NCBI GenBank assembly: GCA_905178155.1
Contig: CAJINV010000033.1
Coordinates: forward strand, 22,736 to 86,735
Length of the DNA: 64,000 bases
Direction of reading: 5' to 3'
Origin: Amoebophrya sp. A120
Taxonomy: Eukaryota > Protista > Dinoflagellata
The notes under the pieces are model-generated. The model did not search any database and was not told the DNA's origin. It saw only the letters and a list, made by a program, of their open reading frames with translations. Positions 1-12,509 of this stretch are shown here, piece after piece. The position numbers were made by a program, and so were the translations under genes. Every line of letters begins with the position of its first letter. Position 1 is the first letter of the stretch.

Positions 1-420
1 ATACCTTCTTGGCCAGGAGGCCAGTTTGTCATGCAGGGGGCTAGAAAGGATGCCCCGCTGCGAAATAGCAGACCGGACTTCGCCTTCAATGCTTATCGCA
101 GGAGCCTGCGGGCCGCCGCGGGCGACAGTAGTTGTCCGCGGCCCTTACCTATGCGCACGAAAACTAGCAGCGTCGACTGACATCCCACCCGGCCGCGGCC
201 ATGTTCTGGAAGCGACACATGTGGACCCTGGTCCACGTGTTGAAGTGGGCCGCGACCGCAAACTGCGGCCCGCGGCTCAAGAAGAAGAAGTGGGATTCTA
301 ATTAAAAGAAATGGTGGTGGCAGCCGCGCGGCGTCGCCGCGCGGCTGGTTTGGCTTTCGCGCTGGTTAGATTTTCGCGCACGCATTTGGTTACCAATATC
401 GCCCTCCGGGCGCGATCTTC

Positions 421-512
421 ATAGATGCAAGAGGGCGAATGTTTCATTTGGAAAGGTTTGCATTATGCAAATGCTCCCAAGTCCGGGGGCGGGGGCATTT
501 TTCATGGTAATA
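421..512. mobile_element. Right end of a family-B introner/MITE; left end lies outside the window
   Basis: ATAGATGCAAGAGGGCGAATGTTTCATTTGGAAAGG...GGGGGCATTTTTCATGGTAATA matches the end of 32643-32948 and the reverse complement of the start of 27443-27754. Confidence 0.8.
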
Positions 513-517
513 CGGTC

Positions 518-2729
518 CGGGCGCCCTTCTGTGTGGGTCCGCGGGACCACCCGGGCTACGACTTTGTGGTCGAGCCGCACGAGTATTCCAATGAAAAATG
601 CCCCCTCCCCATATCAAAACGGAAATCTGTGATGCAGATTTGTGGTCACAAATCAGCTCTGTGATGCTAGAAGGCAAAAGATGCGGACTGTAGTGCTGTC
701 TAGCGTGGGAAAGCCTTGCAGCTCCAGGATGACAGGAGGCAACTGGAAGTGGGAAACAGCATGACAGATTACCTGCACTTTAGGCCGCAGCTTCGTCTCT
801 TGGCCTTCTTGCAATACAAGTCGATTTGTGTACTCAAATACAGCATCACAAATTCGCGCATCTTCCGTTTCTGATATGGGGTGGGGGCTTTTTTCACTTT
901 GATAACGAGTGCTGGCGCTTCACCGGGTTTTTTCACCCGCGTACGAACGCGACCGCCGACTTGTCCCCCTGGTGGCCCTACCTCTCGTGGCACAAGTCGG
1001 CCATCCCGACCGTGTGGGAGCCCGTGGACCTGGACATCGAGTTGAAATTTTCGGAGCGCAGGGAAGAGAGCAAGCAGTACGCCGCGGCTTTGCGGTCCAA
1101 CTGCGTCGCAGAAAAAGACGCGCTCTACGAGGCGCATGACCTCCTGCCCGAGGTGTTCGTGCCCACCGTGCGGACCTTGCTCGGCTGCGCGCGGTGGTGC
1201 GCGCACCGCGACGACTGCGAGGGCTTCACCTTCTTTCGCCACGAAGCGCAAAACGCCCGCTGCCTGCCCAAGCGGCGGATGCGCGGCTCCGCGAAAACCG
1301 AAAACGACTGTTGCGACTCCGTGGTCATGTCATCTGAATGCCGGGCGGCGGGCAAGCGGCACGTGGCGGCGCCCTCCCCACCCTCGTATCCCCTGAAGCT
1401 GGTGACCGCAAGAACCTTGAACCCGGTGGCCTACCGCCAGGCGGTGCTTCAGGGCCAGGTGGAAGACCCGACGAAAGTGTACACCCGCGAGAACTACGCG
1501 GCGCGGGTGCTCAAGGACCAAGACCTGCACGAGGCCACGGACCGCGAAGTGGACCCTTTCTACGCGGCCCGCGAGTACGTGGTCCTCCCGCAGATGGGCC
1601 GCGAGGACGCCTACGTCCAGGTCGCGGTATTGCAAGGGAAAATCCCCCCTCCCCGTATTGAAATCGTATGCTGCTTCTGAGGTTTTGCGATGCGGATTTG
1701 TGACCACAAAGTCTGTCTGTCTTGCAGAAAGGCAAACGCAGACAGCTCGCCGTGTCATGCCGGCGATTTGTCAATGCATGTAAGGCCTACAGGGCAGACG
1801 TCTGCCATTCTTGACCATTCTAGACGCCTACACCAAAAGGACCACGCCTAGGCTTGCAATCTGCGTGCAGTCCTCTACTGCAAGACAGATTTGTACACAA
1901 ATCCCGCGGCACAGATTTCCGCTTTGATATGGAGAGGGGGGATTTCTCCTTTTGATACGCAGAGTGCTGTCACCACATCGGGCAGTTCATGTGGGACTGG
2001 AACTACCGACACGTGCACAGCGGGTACAGCCGCGTCCCGATCTTTGAGCGGCACCCCGTCTATCACACGGAAAGAGAAATAGAGCTACCACATTTGTAAG
2101 ATTTGTGATGCAAAAAGAACATAGTACTCAAGTCCAATTGCGCATGCTGTTGCTGGTATGCAAGACAACTTCTTGTACTACGCGTGATTGTAGTTTTTGC
2201 ATGTAAAAGTGTGGTAGCTTCTTTTCGGGCATAGCCTCCAGTCCTGTGTGGTGTTCTCCGAGGATATGACCCTACCGGGCGCGACCCGAGTCAAGTAGGA
2301 GAGTGCAAAAGATCTACTGCTCCTCATATCTTTGTCATGCGGCATACCGAGGAAATATAAATCCACGCTTTGCTTCTTGGTGGTGCTTTTTGCATCACAG
2401 ACTCCGGCAGCGGAAGCAGTAAGCCAAGAATCCCTTTTCGTGAGAGATTTTGTCATGCCCAGAAGCTGCACCTCTAAATGGTACGTACTGCCGCCGCTCC
2501 TGTGGTGCTCCTTGTTGTGGATGTCATGCCGACTACCTTTATAGGAGGGGGAGAGATAGGGCTTGCGCACCTTCATACCACGATCCGCGACGACATGGCC
2601 GCCGCACCGGGAGACGACATTGGGCGAGACCGGCGCTGGTGGCATGAAGAAACGGAGCCGCAGGTCCAGCAATCGTGGCCTATGCCTTGTGAAGATCACT
2701 GCTGTCAAAGTCAAGGAAAATGTCATTGA
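518..2729 (+). CDS. Hypothetical Cys/Trp-rich protein, multi-exon, 5' end outside the window; 3' end uncertain
   Basis: Removing elements 584-904 and 1628-1956 (each plus one TSD) joins ...YDFVVEPHE|CWRFTGFF...YVQVA|ECCHHIGQFMWDWNYRHV in frame. Exons are GC3-rich. Later exons (~2239-2264, ~2580-2729) are tentative. Confidence 0.55.
584..904. mobile_element. Introner element, family A1 (321 bp)
   Basis: TAT...ATA ends with G/C-tract TIRs; perfect TSD ACGAG (579-583, 905-909); excision restores frame; interior similar to 32999-33309 and 46090-46343. Confidence 0.92.
1628..1956. mobile_element. Introner element, family A2 (329 bp)
   Basis: TIR TATTGCAAGGGAAAATCCCCC / GGGGGATTTCTCCTTTGATA; TSD CGCGG/CGCAG; frame restored; reverse-complement homolog of 40574-40916. 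Confidence 0.9.
2061..2233. mobile_element. Degenerate introner (173 bp)
   Basis: TAT...ATA ends; shared AGCTACCACA/TGTGGTAGCT inverted core; TSD 3/5 (CCGTC/GCCTC); internal TGTGATGC. Confidence 0.5.
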
Positions 2730-4854
2730 TATCATTGCTGTCATTGTGCAATAGGGGGATGTTCTCACTTTGCATGTGCTGGCGCCTACTGCCTTGTCCG
2801 TCTCTCAATTAATTTCTGGATTCGTGTTTGCGGGAAAAATCAATGTCGCTAGATGAACCCGATGCTTGTTCGTCTTGACGACCCGTTTCGCATTCTTGAA
2901 TGACACCCGCTTTTCCTGACTCTGGCATCATAACAGTTTTGCAAGGCATACGGTACCCACTGCAGATGGCTCCCTAGAATTGCTTTTCGACGCGATGAAG
3001 TTCGTTATATGGCGAGAGGTGGAAACAAAAACAAATAAGTAACTTGACAAAATGACGCACAAAGTACTCACTTCGTATCTACACCTACAGCGACGCATAG
3101 ATACGCACTTGCTACAGCGACGCGTCGTGCTGTACTCTTCAAGGCGTGAAGTTGCGTAGGACGGTCGGTGCTCTTCTTTTATTTACCGTAGCTTGTTCTG
3201 TCTGGAACTGGTACCGGATTCGTTTCTCGAGTGTAATGGATTTTTTGAGCGACTGGCCGAGAATTGGAGAGAGAAAAATTGCTTCGAGGGACGAGGAGGA
3301 TGCGCTGTCAAGTTTGAAAAATAAGTACTAGACTCGGAAATCTTCTGGAAGCCGAAACGAGAACGACCAAAGTTTCACTTTCTCTTCGACCGGAAATCGA
3401 CTGTACAAACATCGTCCTGTCCCCAGGAATCTTTTCCATTGTCGCAAATCGGCAGGCTGCCACTTATTGAAAAGTCAAAGTCAATATCGCTCCTACAGTA
3501 CCCCATCGTGGTTCATCTAGAGTGCAAAGTAAAACCTGTCAAGCTGCACCCTCCTGGTCGGAGCGTGCAATTCGAGGTGGTGGTGGGAGAGAACAAAGAA
3601 AGACAGACAAGACATACTCGACGGAGAGAATTCTATACCACTACTTTTGTTTTACAAATACGGCCACTGCATCACGAGGATCGATCTGCGTACTAGGCTC
3701 AGTTCTTGGGCTGGAAAAATTCGTAGCTGGTTTTAGCTTGACCGTTTCTACTCAGCATCCACAGATCTCATGACGGATATCGCAAGAAAAAACTGTCTCA
3801 GTCTCAATTTGTACAGCGACTTTATTCGCTTTTTACTATATTACAGTGCTTCTCCACCTTTGTCATGCTGGACGCGCAAGAAAAGCAAGAAAGTCGCCCT
3901 TTGATGCGATTGGTTTGTCTTGATGTTGAGACTCAGACAGTGTTTGCATGCGATAAGCGACACCGTCGGGTGGGGCCCGAAAAACATCTTTACGCCGACT
4001 ACACTCTGCGGCAATTGGAGCGAGGACCGGTACTAGTGTTTATATGTTGGTTTTATCACATCTGGATCTGATTTCATCTGTTCGATTGCGTATTCTGCAT
4101 CACAAGTAGAACTTGCAAGAAGGTCATTGGCGTATGCATTTAGACGAATAAACTCCACTATCTGTATCACCAAAATTTAGGTGGGACAAGGAATTCCAGG
4201 AGAAGCAGCGGTATGCGAAGGTCTATGCGTTACCAGGCCGAGGGTCGACCGGTTGGACAAAGACCTCAGACGCGATCGGGGAGAACATGAAAGAAGAAAT
4301 GATCAAAAAGTATACACCCTTATTACTAGTTTGTCATGCAGTTTTCTAGTATGGTTATGGTAAACATAATGCGAACGTACGAAAAATCCACCCTCCTTGT
4401 CTGAAACATTCAAAACGTACCAAACTATTCAGGGTTACCGTGGTCCGGGAGATTGACGTGCTGAAGTATGCACAGCTGCTATCGAACAGAAGAAGTAAAG
4501 TTCTTTTCTTTTCTCGCTTCAAAACAGCATGTGAAAAAATAAACGCCGTGTATCTCTATCTGTATATGTTGATGCATGACAAACAGCTCTCGTTCTGTCC
4601 CGTGTTACTTACACGATCGACTGCAGGAGGCAGCTAATATACTGCTCAACATTACTTAGAAGTGCGGCTACGACGAGAGGACTCTTACACTCACGACTTA
4701 CGGTTGCAGTAGCGTCTAGCTCTTGTATAATTTTTCCTTTCTTGATGTTGATGATGCTGCTGTTTGCCCCGTGGTTGCTTCGTTCGGCTTTTTTGCTATC
4801 TTGAGCTGTGAAGAGGACTTTTTTCTTTTCCGCTCCATAGCCTCCCCCAGAGGA

Positions 4855-5176
4855 TATTGAGAGAAAAAATCCCCCCTCCCCATATTGAAAAGGTATGTTT
4901 CCAGAAATTTGTGTTGCGGATTTGAGGTCACAAATCACATCTGTCTTGCAAGAAAACAAGGGCAGAAGTTTCCGCCCCATTATGGAAGCGATTTGTCATG
5001 CTGTTAGCCCTAAAAGCGACCCGCTTGCCATGCTGAACAACTAGACCCATACGCCCCTACCTAGCCTGGGGATCTCGCCGCGATGCCTCTGCGCAATACA
5101 AACCTGATTTGTGTACACAAATCCAGCATCAGAAATTCCGTTTTGATATGGGGAGGGGGGCTTTTTCCTTTCGATA
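4855..5176. mobile_element. Introner/MITE, family A2 (322 bp)
   Basis: Perfect TSD GAGGA (4850-4854, 5177-5181); same length as 18719-19040 and its reverse-complement homolog. Confidence 0.92.
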
Positions 5177-7025
5177 GAGGAGATGTACAGCACACACAAC
5201 CGGCGCGACTTCAACGACCCGAACGAATATCCAGTATTAAAAGTGCCACTCCCGAGTGGAGCAGGTGGGATGAAAAATAACCGACTAAAGCTTTACTGTG
5301 TGTTAAGTATCATGATCTACTCACAGGTTTTCATTGAGTAATTCACATAGACGGGTGCTATGACGATCTGCAGTTGTTGACACGACGACGAATTACGTTG
5401 TTCACGCTCTCTCAAAAGCAGTATTATCATAGCTGATTGATTCAATGACACCTGCTCGACTGAGAAGTATTAAAAGTTTGGCTTCTATATCTTTCGCTAC
5501 GTCCCGCCGGAGCGCGCGCGCGAGGACGCCTTCGACCCGGAGTGGCTCGCGGAGTACCGAAAAACCTGGTACAAAGTTCAATGTTGATTCTTCATTGTAT
5601 GTCCTCTTCTCATCATGCATGGTGCTAGAGACGCAGACGGGCTTTCTGACTGGATCGGGCGGGCATTGCAAAGTGTCGTAAAGCTACATGAGAAATCGCG
5701 ATGCTACTTGTCATGCAGTAGTACTTGTAATTGAATTTCAATTTGAAAAATCATCAGGACCCACGCCGATGGTTGGCTGTACACGCGAAAGGAACAGTAT
5801 GCAAAACTGAAACTGTGGTGTGAGTTAGCGCGGCTTCTCAATAATTTGTGATGCGTGCTGTGTAGTGGAAAAAGAAAATTAGCATACAGCGGATGATTAA
5901 TAAAACTCTCAACATCATGGTTCTTACTGCCGGAGTCATGCATGTTAACATTGGTATACGAACCGTCTACATGATTCGCATGGCAAATTGATGACCCATA
6001 AAGGTAAGCAGCCGTTCACTCGATGCTTTGGTTCCATACAATCTTCAAAGGCCGTGCGTAAACCGACGAGGATCATTTTTGTACGCATGCTGTTGCAGTG
6101 GAGCTACAGCTACCAGTCGAACAAACTTAAGTAGGGCACAGAAACCTCCAGGCTGCACCAAACTGACGTAGATAATATGTCTTTCCCTCGATAATTGATG
6201 TCTTCCCCTCGAGTTCTATTAACGATGGCCACAACTACCCAAAATTGATGATGAATAGTAAAGGATAACTTTTCTTTCCGTTTTTCGAGCTTCCTGTTTG
6301 ACAGCTAAGAAATCTCCGCAGCCTCGGCGCAAGAACGTATGAACTTCGAATGTAGCTGTGAATGTGAACTAAAATTGATGAAATGAATACAACATAATTT
6401 TTATCTCCGAAATAGGTGCAAGTGCAACTACTACAAGTCGACTTTTCATCCCGGATCGAGCAGAATCAAGAACTTTTCTGAACTCGTTTATGTAGAAGGC
6501 AATTTGATGCAGTACAGAAATTTAAAGAATATCGAGAGCAGTTTATTGCTGAAAATGACAGGTGGATTGATGGAGCCATCGATTGCAACGCATTTCTCAC
6601 CACGGAAGATGTTCTTCACACTTGTAAATCAGGCAGTTCGTGAGCAGTTTCTGGCTCGCCTTCGTAGCTAATACAGTGCCGAAGAAGCTAGCTTGCGCTA
6701 CAACATTGCATTTCTGGTTTCATTCAAGACCTTTTTCTTTTTTTTAGATTTCGGTCGGCCCACCTCATCATGACAGCGACGATCTCCTTTGTTGTAGAAA
6801 GTTCGCCAGCTGCTCTTAGCAGATCACAGCATCTTCGATCGAGCTCATGCCGATCCCCGTCCCCTTGATCTCTTTCTGTTTCTTAGCCTTTTCCGCAACG
6901 GTAGTTCTTTTGTAAAGCAAATAAAATATTTGGATCTACATCACCGCCTCATGACAGCAGTCGTTTTCGAGTTGATAGGATAGCACTTTGAATTATTTTT
7001 CGAAGCATTTACTTACAAAGCAATC

Positions 7026-8418
7026 ATGTTTGCTACCGCTGCTTCATCCTCCAGCAGTAGCAGTAGTTCTGTCTTTCCAGGCACGGGCTCTTGCGCGCAA
7101 TCTTCCTGCGATCATGCTGGGCAAAACACGGCAGTGTCTTGCGGCGGTGGTGCACCTGCTTCTCCGTCCGGTGGCACAACCGCGCAACAGACCCTGTTCC
7201 ACTCCCCCTACACGAAGTATTTTCTGAAGCGAAGTAGGCACAGAAGCAACGGTAGTTCGAACAATTCAAGCGGCGCACAACAAGAGCTACAGTTCGACCA
7301 CCGGCGTCGAGAGCAGGTGCCTAACCAGGAAATTTGGGAGATTTTTCTGTCGGAGAAGTACCAGCAGCTAAATTTCTCGCCGCAGCAGCTCCAACCGCCG
7401 CTGGCCAGCTTCCAGTTGATCGACCCGACGCGCATCGGCGAGGGCTGTTTCTTCCGCGCTGTCGGTGCCGGCGTGATGGGCTACGGGCTGGGCATCCTGT
7501 TGGGCGGCTTCTTCCACAGCATGCAGCCCGTGGACCTGTCCTACGGGCATCTCTCCACTGCGGAGCAGATCCGCATGAGCTACAAGGGTATCAAATGCAA
7601 AAAGGTCTGGGTCTGGAATGTTGCCAGGTTTGTCATGCATATTTTGCATGACCACCGGAATGTCTGTAATACACGACCTAGCATCACAGATTTTTAGAGG
7701 GCTTCCTGATGCCTACTCCGCATGACAAATGCCCTCCCGGCGTAGCACAAACTAGACTCCTCTTGCTGGTCATGCAATACAAATTTGTTTAGAGTCCAAA
7801 AACAGCTTGACAAGTTGCAATCTTCCAGACCCAGACACTTTTGCATTTGATAAAGGGCTTCGGCGCCAGCTGCAAGCGCATGGGCCGGAACTTTGCGAAG
7901 GTGGGCATGGTGTACTCAACCACAGAATGTTATGGATGTGTCAGGATCGAAATCGACAAAATCGAAAAATTTGTAATGCGTAAAATGTAGCGTAGGGCAA
8001 GTAAGGCCTGTGTTGGGGAGTAGGCAAATGAGACCGATTGCAAGCCTGATTAGGGGAAGGCGATGCGCTGCCGGAGCAGCACGCCAGGAGCAGTCTTCTT
8101 TGCCCAAACAGCATGACAGACTGGATTTTGGTGCTCCCGAAATTTGTCATGCGCCACTTAGAAACTGAGGCTCCAAGTGGTATCGATTTTATGGATCACA
8201 AATTATTTCGATTTTGTTGATTTCGATTCTGACACTCCCATAAATGCCTCATCGAAAAGGAGCGCGGCTGCAAGGAGCTGATCAATGCCGTTTACGCGGG
8301 CTGCGCCACCGGTGGCTTCCTCGCGTTCCAGTCCGGGCCCGCGGGCATGGCGACGGGGTGTCTCGGGTTCGCGGCTTTCTCGCTCGCCATCGAACAGTTG
8401 ATGGGCAACCATGCTTGA
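7026..8418 (+). CDS. TIM22: Mitochondrial inner-membrane translocase subunit Tim22 (Tim17/22/23 family), ~268 aa; exons ~7026-7588, 7858-7930, 8248-8418
   Basis: Spliced product ...EGCFFRAVGAGVMGYGLGILLGGFF...MGRNFAKVGMVYSTTECLIEKERGCKELINAVYAGCATGGFLAFQSGPAGMATGCLGFAAFSLAIEQLM has the Tim22 conserved Cys pair, NFAxVG, and G-P-x-G...GFAAFS motifs. Confidence 0.9.
7589..7852. mobile_element. Introner element, family C (264 bp), TIM22 intron 1
   Basis: TIR TATCAAATGCAAAAAGGTCTGGGTCTGGAA / TTCCAGACCCAGACACTTTTGCATTTGATA; perfect TSD AAGGG. Confidence 0.93.
7931..8242. mobile_element. Introner element, family H (312 bp), TIM22 intron 2
   Basis: TIR TATGGATGTGTCAGGATCGAAATCGACAAAATCGAAA versus TTTCGATTTTGTTGATTTCGATTCTGACACTCCCATA; TSD AATGT/AATGC; excision restores the conserved TEC-LIEK. 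Confidence 0.9.
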
Positions 8419-9155
8419 GTAAAACGAGAGACGATTATAGGTGGAGAATTGATGCACTCTAACATGAAATGATGGACGCGCCATAAAACTCTTGTCTAAA
8501 TCCAAGATCTTCCAAGCGACACAATCAGAATCACGACGAGGCGACACAATCACAAATCTTCGGACCAAGCAAAGAACGATAATGACTGGCTTGAAAATTA
8601 TGTCGACAAGCAGCTTGTAGCCGTGTTGATCCGATGTGTTAAGTTTAGAATTGTCTCTCTATCGATGTAAAAAGCTGCCTGAAGTCAGCACTTTCTCTTT
8701 CGTGTCCGGTGTCGTGGAGTAAAAAGTAGAAGTACTTGGCAATACATGAAAAATCGGTATGCCGCATTTTTGCGTTTCCTTCGATTCTGTGTGGTCCGTT
8801 TGGAGGTCGGCTGCTTCGCAACCTTTACGCACTGTGTCTATGCAACTCGTCACACCGCCTTCCGTTCACATTGGTGGCAGGATCGGATTCCTTACTGTGA
8901 AGATCATCGTTTCATCAGTAAAACCAAGACTGGTCGTCCAACATATCCTTCCAAATCCATGATGGCCTGTAATGCCGCACTAGACACCCGAAAAAGCAGA
9001 GGCAAACAAGGTCGTCCACACGGCGCGTGACGTGGGTGATCTTCAGAGGACCGAAAGTGTTCTTCTGCTGTAGACTTGGAGTTTCTGCTCGAGCAGATTC
9101 GCAACAACAAATTAACTAGCACCATTCCTATGCATCGATATCTCCCGACGCAAAA

Positions 9156-12100
9156 ATGGACCAACAGACTCTTTCCCAGATGACCACCGCGCCCGCCGAA
9201 CGGATTCCGGTCTTTCTCGTGACCGGGGCGACGGGGGCGGGGAAGTCAACCCTGATCGCCCACCTAATCCAAGCGCTGCCGTCCAACCGGCGCGCGATTT
9301 TGATTCGCCACCGGCACGCCAAGGCGGCGATGCTAGAGACCTTTCCGCCCCCGCGGCTAGTGGTGGATGGAAAAAGTAGAAGTAGTGCTGTTTTTCACCC
9401 AGCGCACAGAAGCCTGAAAGCGCACCAGCCCTACGAAGCAGGAGCAGTTACACGGGACGACGAAGGTGTAGCTACTGATGTTATACCTGCACAAAGTTCT
9501 TTTTACGCTGTGCGCCACTTCAGTGAGGTTTTTGATTTCGGGTCCGGCTGCGTCTGTTGCGCCCCGGACGGCGATCTGATGCGGCAGCTTGTGGAGTTGC
9601 AGGCGGAGCTGAAAAGGGATCATGTTGAGACTGGAAGTGCAACAACCGTACGCGACGTCGAGGACGGTCGTCATCAACATGCAGGACCAACAACAGCTTC
9701 ATCATCTTCGCATTTTTACTACGCCCTATTTGTCGAGACGACCGGTTTAGCCGACCCACGGCCCTTTCTCCGCGTGTTTCAAACGGAGCCCACAGTCTGC
9801 GCGCACTACGAGCTGCACGCAATTCTGTGCGTCGTGGATTCGCTGCGGTGGGAAGCGACGCTGCAGGGAACTGGTGGTGAAGAGCCGAATTATCGTGGCG
9901 AAGGAGCTAGTGCTGTAGCTGGTTCTACTTTTCCTGGAAAAATTGCGGACGTTGACGGCGAGAGGACGACCTCCACAGAGAGCCTCCACTCGCGGGGTCG
10001 GGAACAGCTGCGCGTCGCAGACTTGGTGGTCGTGAACAACTTTCATTCTTCGTCAAGTGGTTCTTCTGCAGGCACAAAAAGCTACTCAGCTAGTACGAAA
10101 AGTAAAAGCAGTACTCCTGCGGCTTCAAGTCGTGTTTCTAAATCCGAAGTAAAAACATCGGAAGGTGAGGTGGAACTGCGAGTATTAGACTCGTCGCGCC
10201 AGCACCAGGAGCTGCAGCCACATCGTGTTCCCAAAAAGTTGCAGCGACTGGTGATGGAATGTTTTGTCGGGCGGAATGAGACCTCCACCGCGGGGGTGTG
10301 CGGGCGTCAAGCAGACCTGTCAGGCAGTACAGGTGGGGTTCTTGCTGCGTCGACTGAAGATCATGACAATCGTGTGGTGGCCTGGGCACCTCCTGTACTT
10401 AATACCACTGTGACGTCGAGCTCGAGAGGACGACCAGATGAAGATGCAGTGCTCGCGCCAAACAAAATTGTTTTCGAGCAATTTTCATCTGCACAGACTT
10501 CTACAGATGTTGAAGTATTCGAGGGCACGACCGAGCAGGTGGATGAAGACCGTCAAGAAGGGATGCCGAAATCTAGCTCCGCAGCGCGAGCGCCTGGGCT
10601 GAAGAACATGACTTCTCCAAATTTACTGCGGATTCGGAATTTCTATGAGAGAAGACAAGAAAGAGCACCTTCTGGTGTGCTGAACAAACAGGCACGGAAT
10701 AAAGGCGCGTCTGCCTCGGACGACACGGCTGGTAGGGCTGATTTGATGCCCGGTTGCGGCGATGCTTGCACCAGTGCAATGGGAACTACTGCTACTTGTA
10801 TGTACGAGGATTCGGCTATCGTTAACAAGCCCGCCGGAACTGCGTCCGAAAAAGAAGAGCAAGGTCATCAAGAATCTTCCAGTAGAAAAGATGGAGAGCA
10901 GACGCAGACACCTGCTGTGCCGCCAGGCAGCGGACACGTGATGTCTTCCGTTGTACCGCAGTTTTTCAGTTTGAACGCAGATCCGCTGGAACACGATCGG
11001 TCTTTTCAAACGGCCTGCGTATTCGGCGACGATTGCACTTTGCTCGACTTTGACCGCCACTGCACCCTGATGCTGACCATGATGACCGAGGGCGCTCTGC
11101 TTCGCGTGCAAGGCTGGCTGTCGTTCAATGTAGTGCATCAACTAGAACCTGCGACGCTATTTTCTACTTCTCGTCCCGCGGCGAGGAAAGCAAGCGAGCA
11201 GGGAGCTGCCGCACCTGCGAATGAGTCCTCTTCTGCTGCGTCTTCTACCTTAAAAGATGAATCAACGAGAACTTCTCCCAACTCCTTCCCACTACTTCCC
11301 AACCTCCTCTCCCCAACCGTGCTGATCGACGCCGTTGGGCCTTACCCGGTGACCATGAAGTTCCGTCCGCTCACGAGGTTGTTTGTCGCGCAGGCAGAAC
11401 ATGAGGGCGAGAGACATATTGACCGAAGAACTTCGATGACGATCGCCCCCTCCTGGGGCCTGCACGCGGGGGTGCACGAAGCCGTAAGTGAAAGTGGATT
11501 CGTGTGTATGGAAAGATGCACAGAGTAGAAAGGCCAAGACTTAGTATTTGCAAGGGGATGTTGACGTATGCCTCTGCAGAAGCAGATGTTATACATTTAC
11601 CAATGAGAAAGTTTAGTCTACTGAAATTCATCTGAGCTGCAATTTGCTCAACATTTCTACCGAGTTTATTTTCATTCTGCCACAGCACGACAAGCTAAGC
11701 TTCGCCCTATTCTTCTGTCTCCGTGTATATTCTGTTCCAGTTCGAAACTTTTCTTCTGTGGAAAACGGGGCAAAACGAACAGGGACCACTTGTCTTCCTC
11801 TCGCAATAAAAAGAAGTCCAGCGAGATGAACTCCACACGGACCGACTTTTTGGACTACGACTCGGAGATGCGGCAGGCTTTTCGCGCGGCGCCGCGGGGT
11901 CGGGGTTGGCGGTTCTACGACCTGAAGTTGGTGATGCAGGACGTGGTTGCCGAACTGAGGCACACAGTCGAGCGCTTTTTGATACTGCGAGAAACAAGCG
12001 GGGAAGGAGACCCAAACAAGCTGCAGAAAAATCCCGCTGGTCGGTCTTCAGGAGGACCACAAGCACGCCTTGAGGAGCTACGCGATGAACTCCCTGCTCC

Positions 12101-12509
12101 CGCCGCCACCGAGGACATTTTTCTCGCGAAGAGAAGGGCGACCGGGTGGGCGAAAGAATTAGTCGACGGTGTGCGGGAGGAATTTCGTGAACGAGTGTTG
12201 AAAACAAGAAGAGCGGACGCTTTTGATGTTTCGCCGGGAGTAGATTTCGTGGACGAGGACCAGTTTTTACCGGCTGAAAACAGTAGGCGTGGTGGTGTGG
12301 TCGATGAAAAGGGAAACCAACAGGTGGAACAAGACAGAATAAAACGACAAATACTACTTCTGCGCTACGAGCTGATTGGTGCGAACGCGGTGCTGGCCTA
12401 CGATCCGCGGGAAGATAGGCTTTTTCTGGCCGCGCACGACAAACGCCCCCTCGAGTGGACGGTTCGAGGGTCCGGCTTGTGGCTGCGCGAGGTGGGGGAG
12501 GAAAGGTGA
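9156..12509 (+). CDS. cobW: COG0523/CobW-family (G3E) P-loop metallochaperone GTPase, ~1045 aa, with a predicted GT-AG intron at 11525-11740 and a C-terminal extension
   Basis: Motifs VFLVTGATGAGKSTL, GCVCC, VETTGLADP, CVVD, EQLRVADLVVVN and LLRVQGWL. Splicing 11525-11740 adds DSKLFFCGK, which resembles the CobW_C terminal SxLVFIG, and joins ORF 11790-12509 in frame. Confidence 0.8.
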
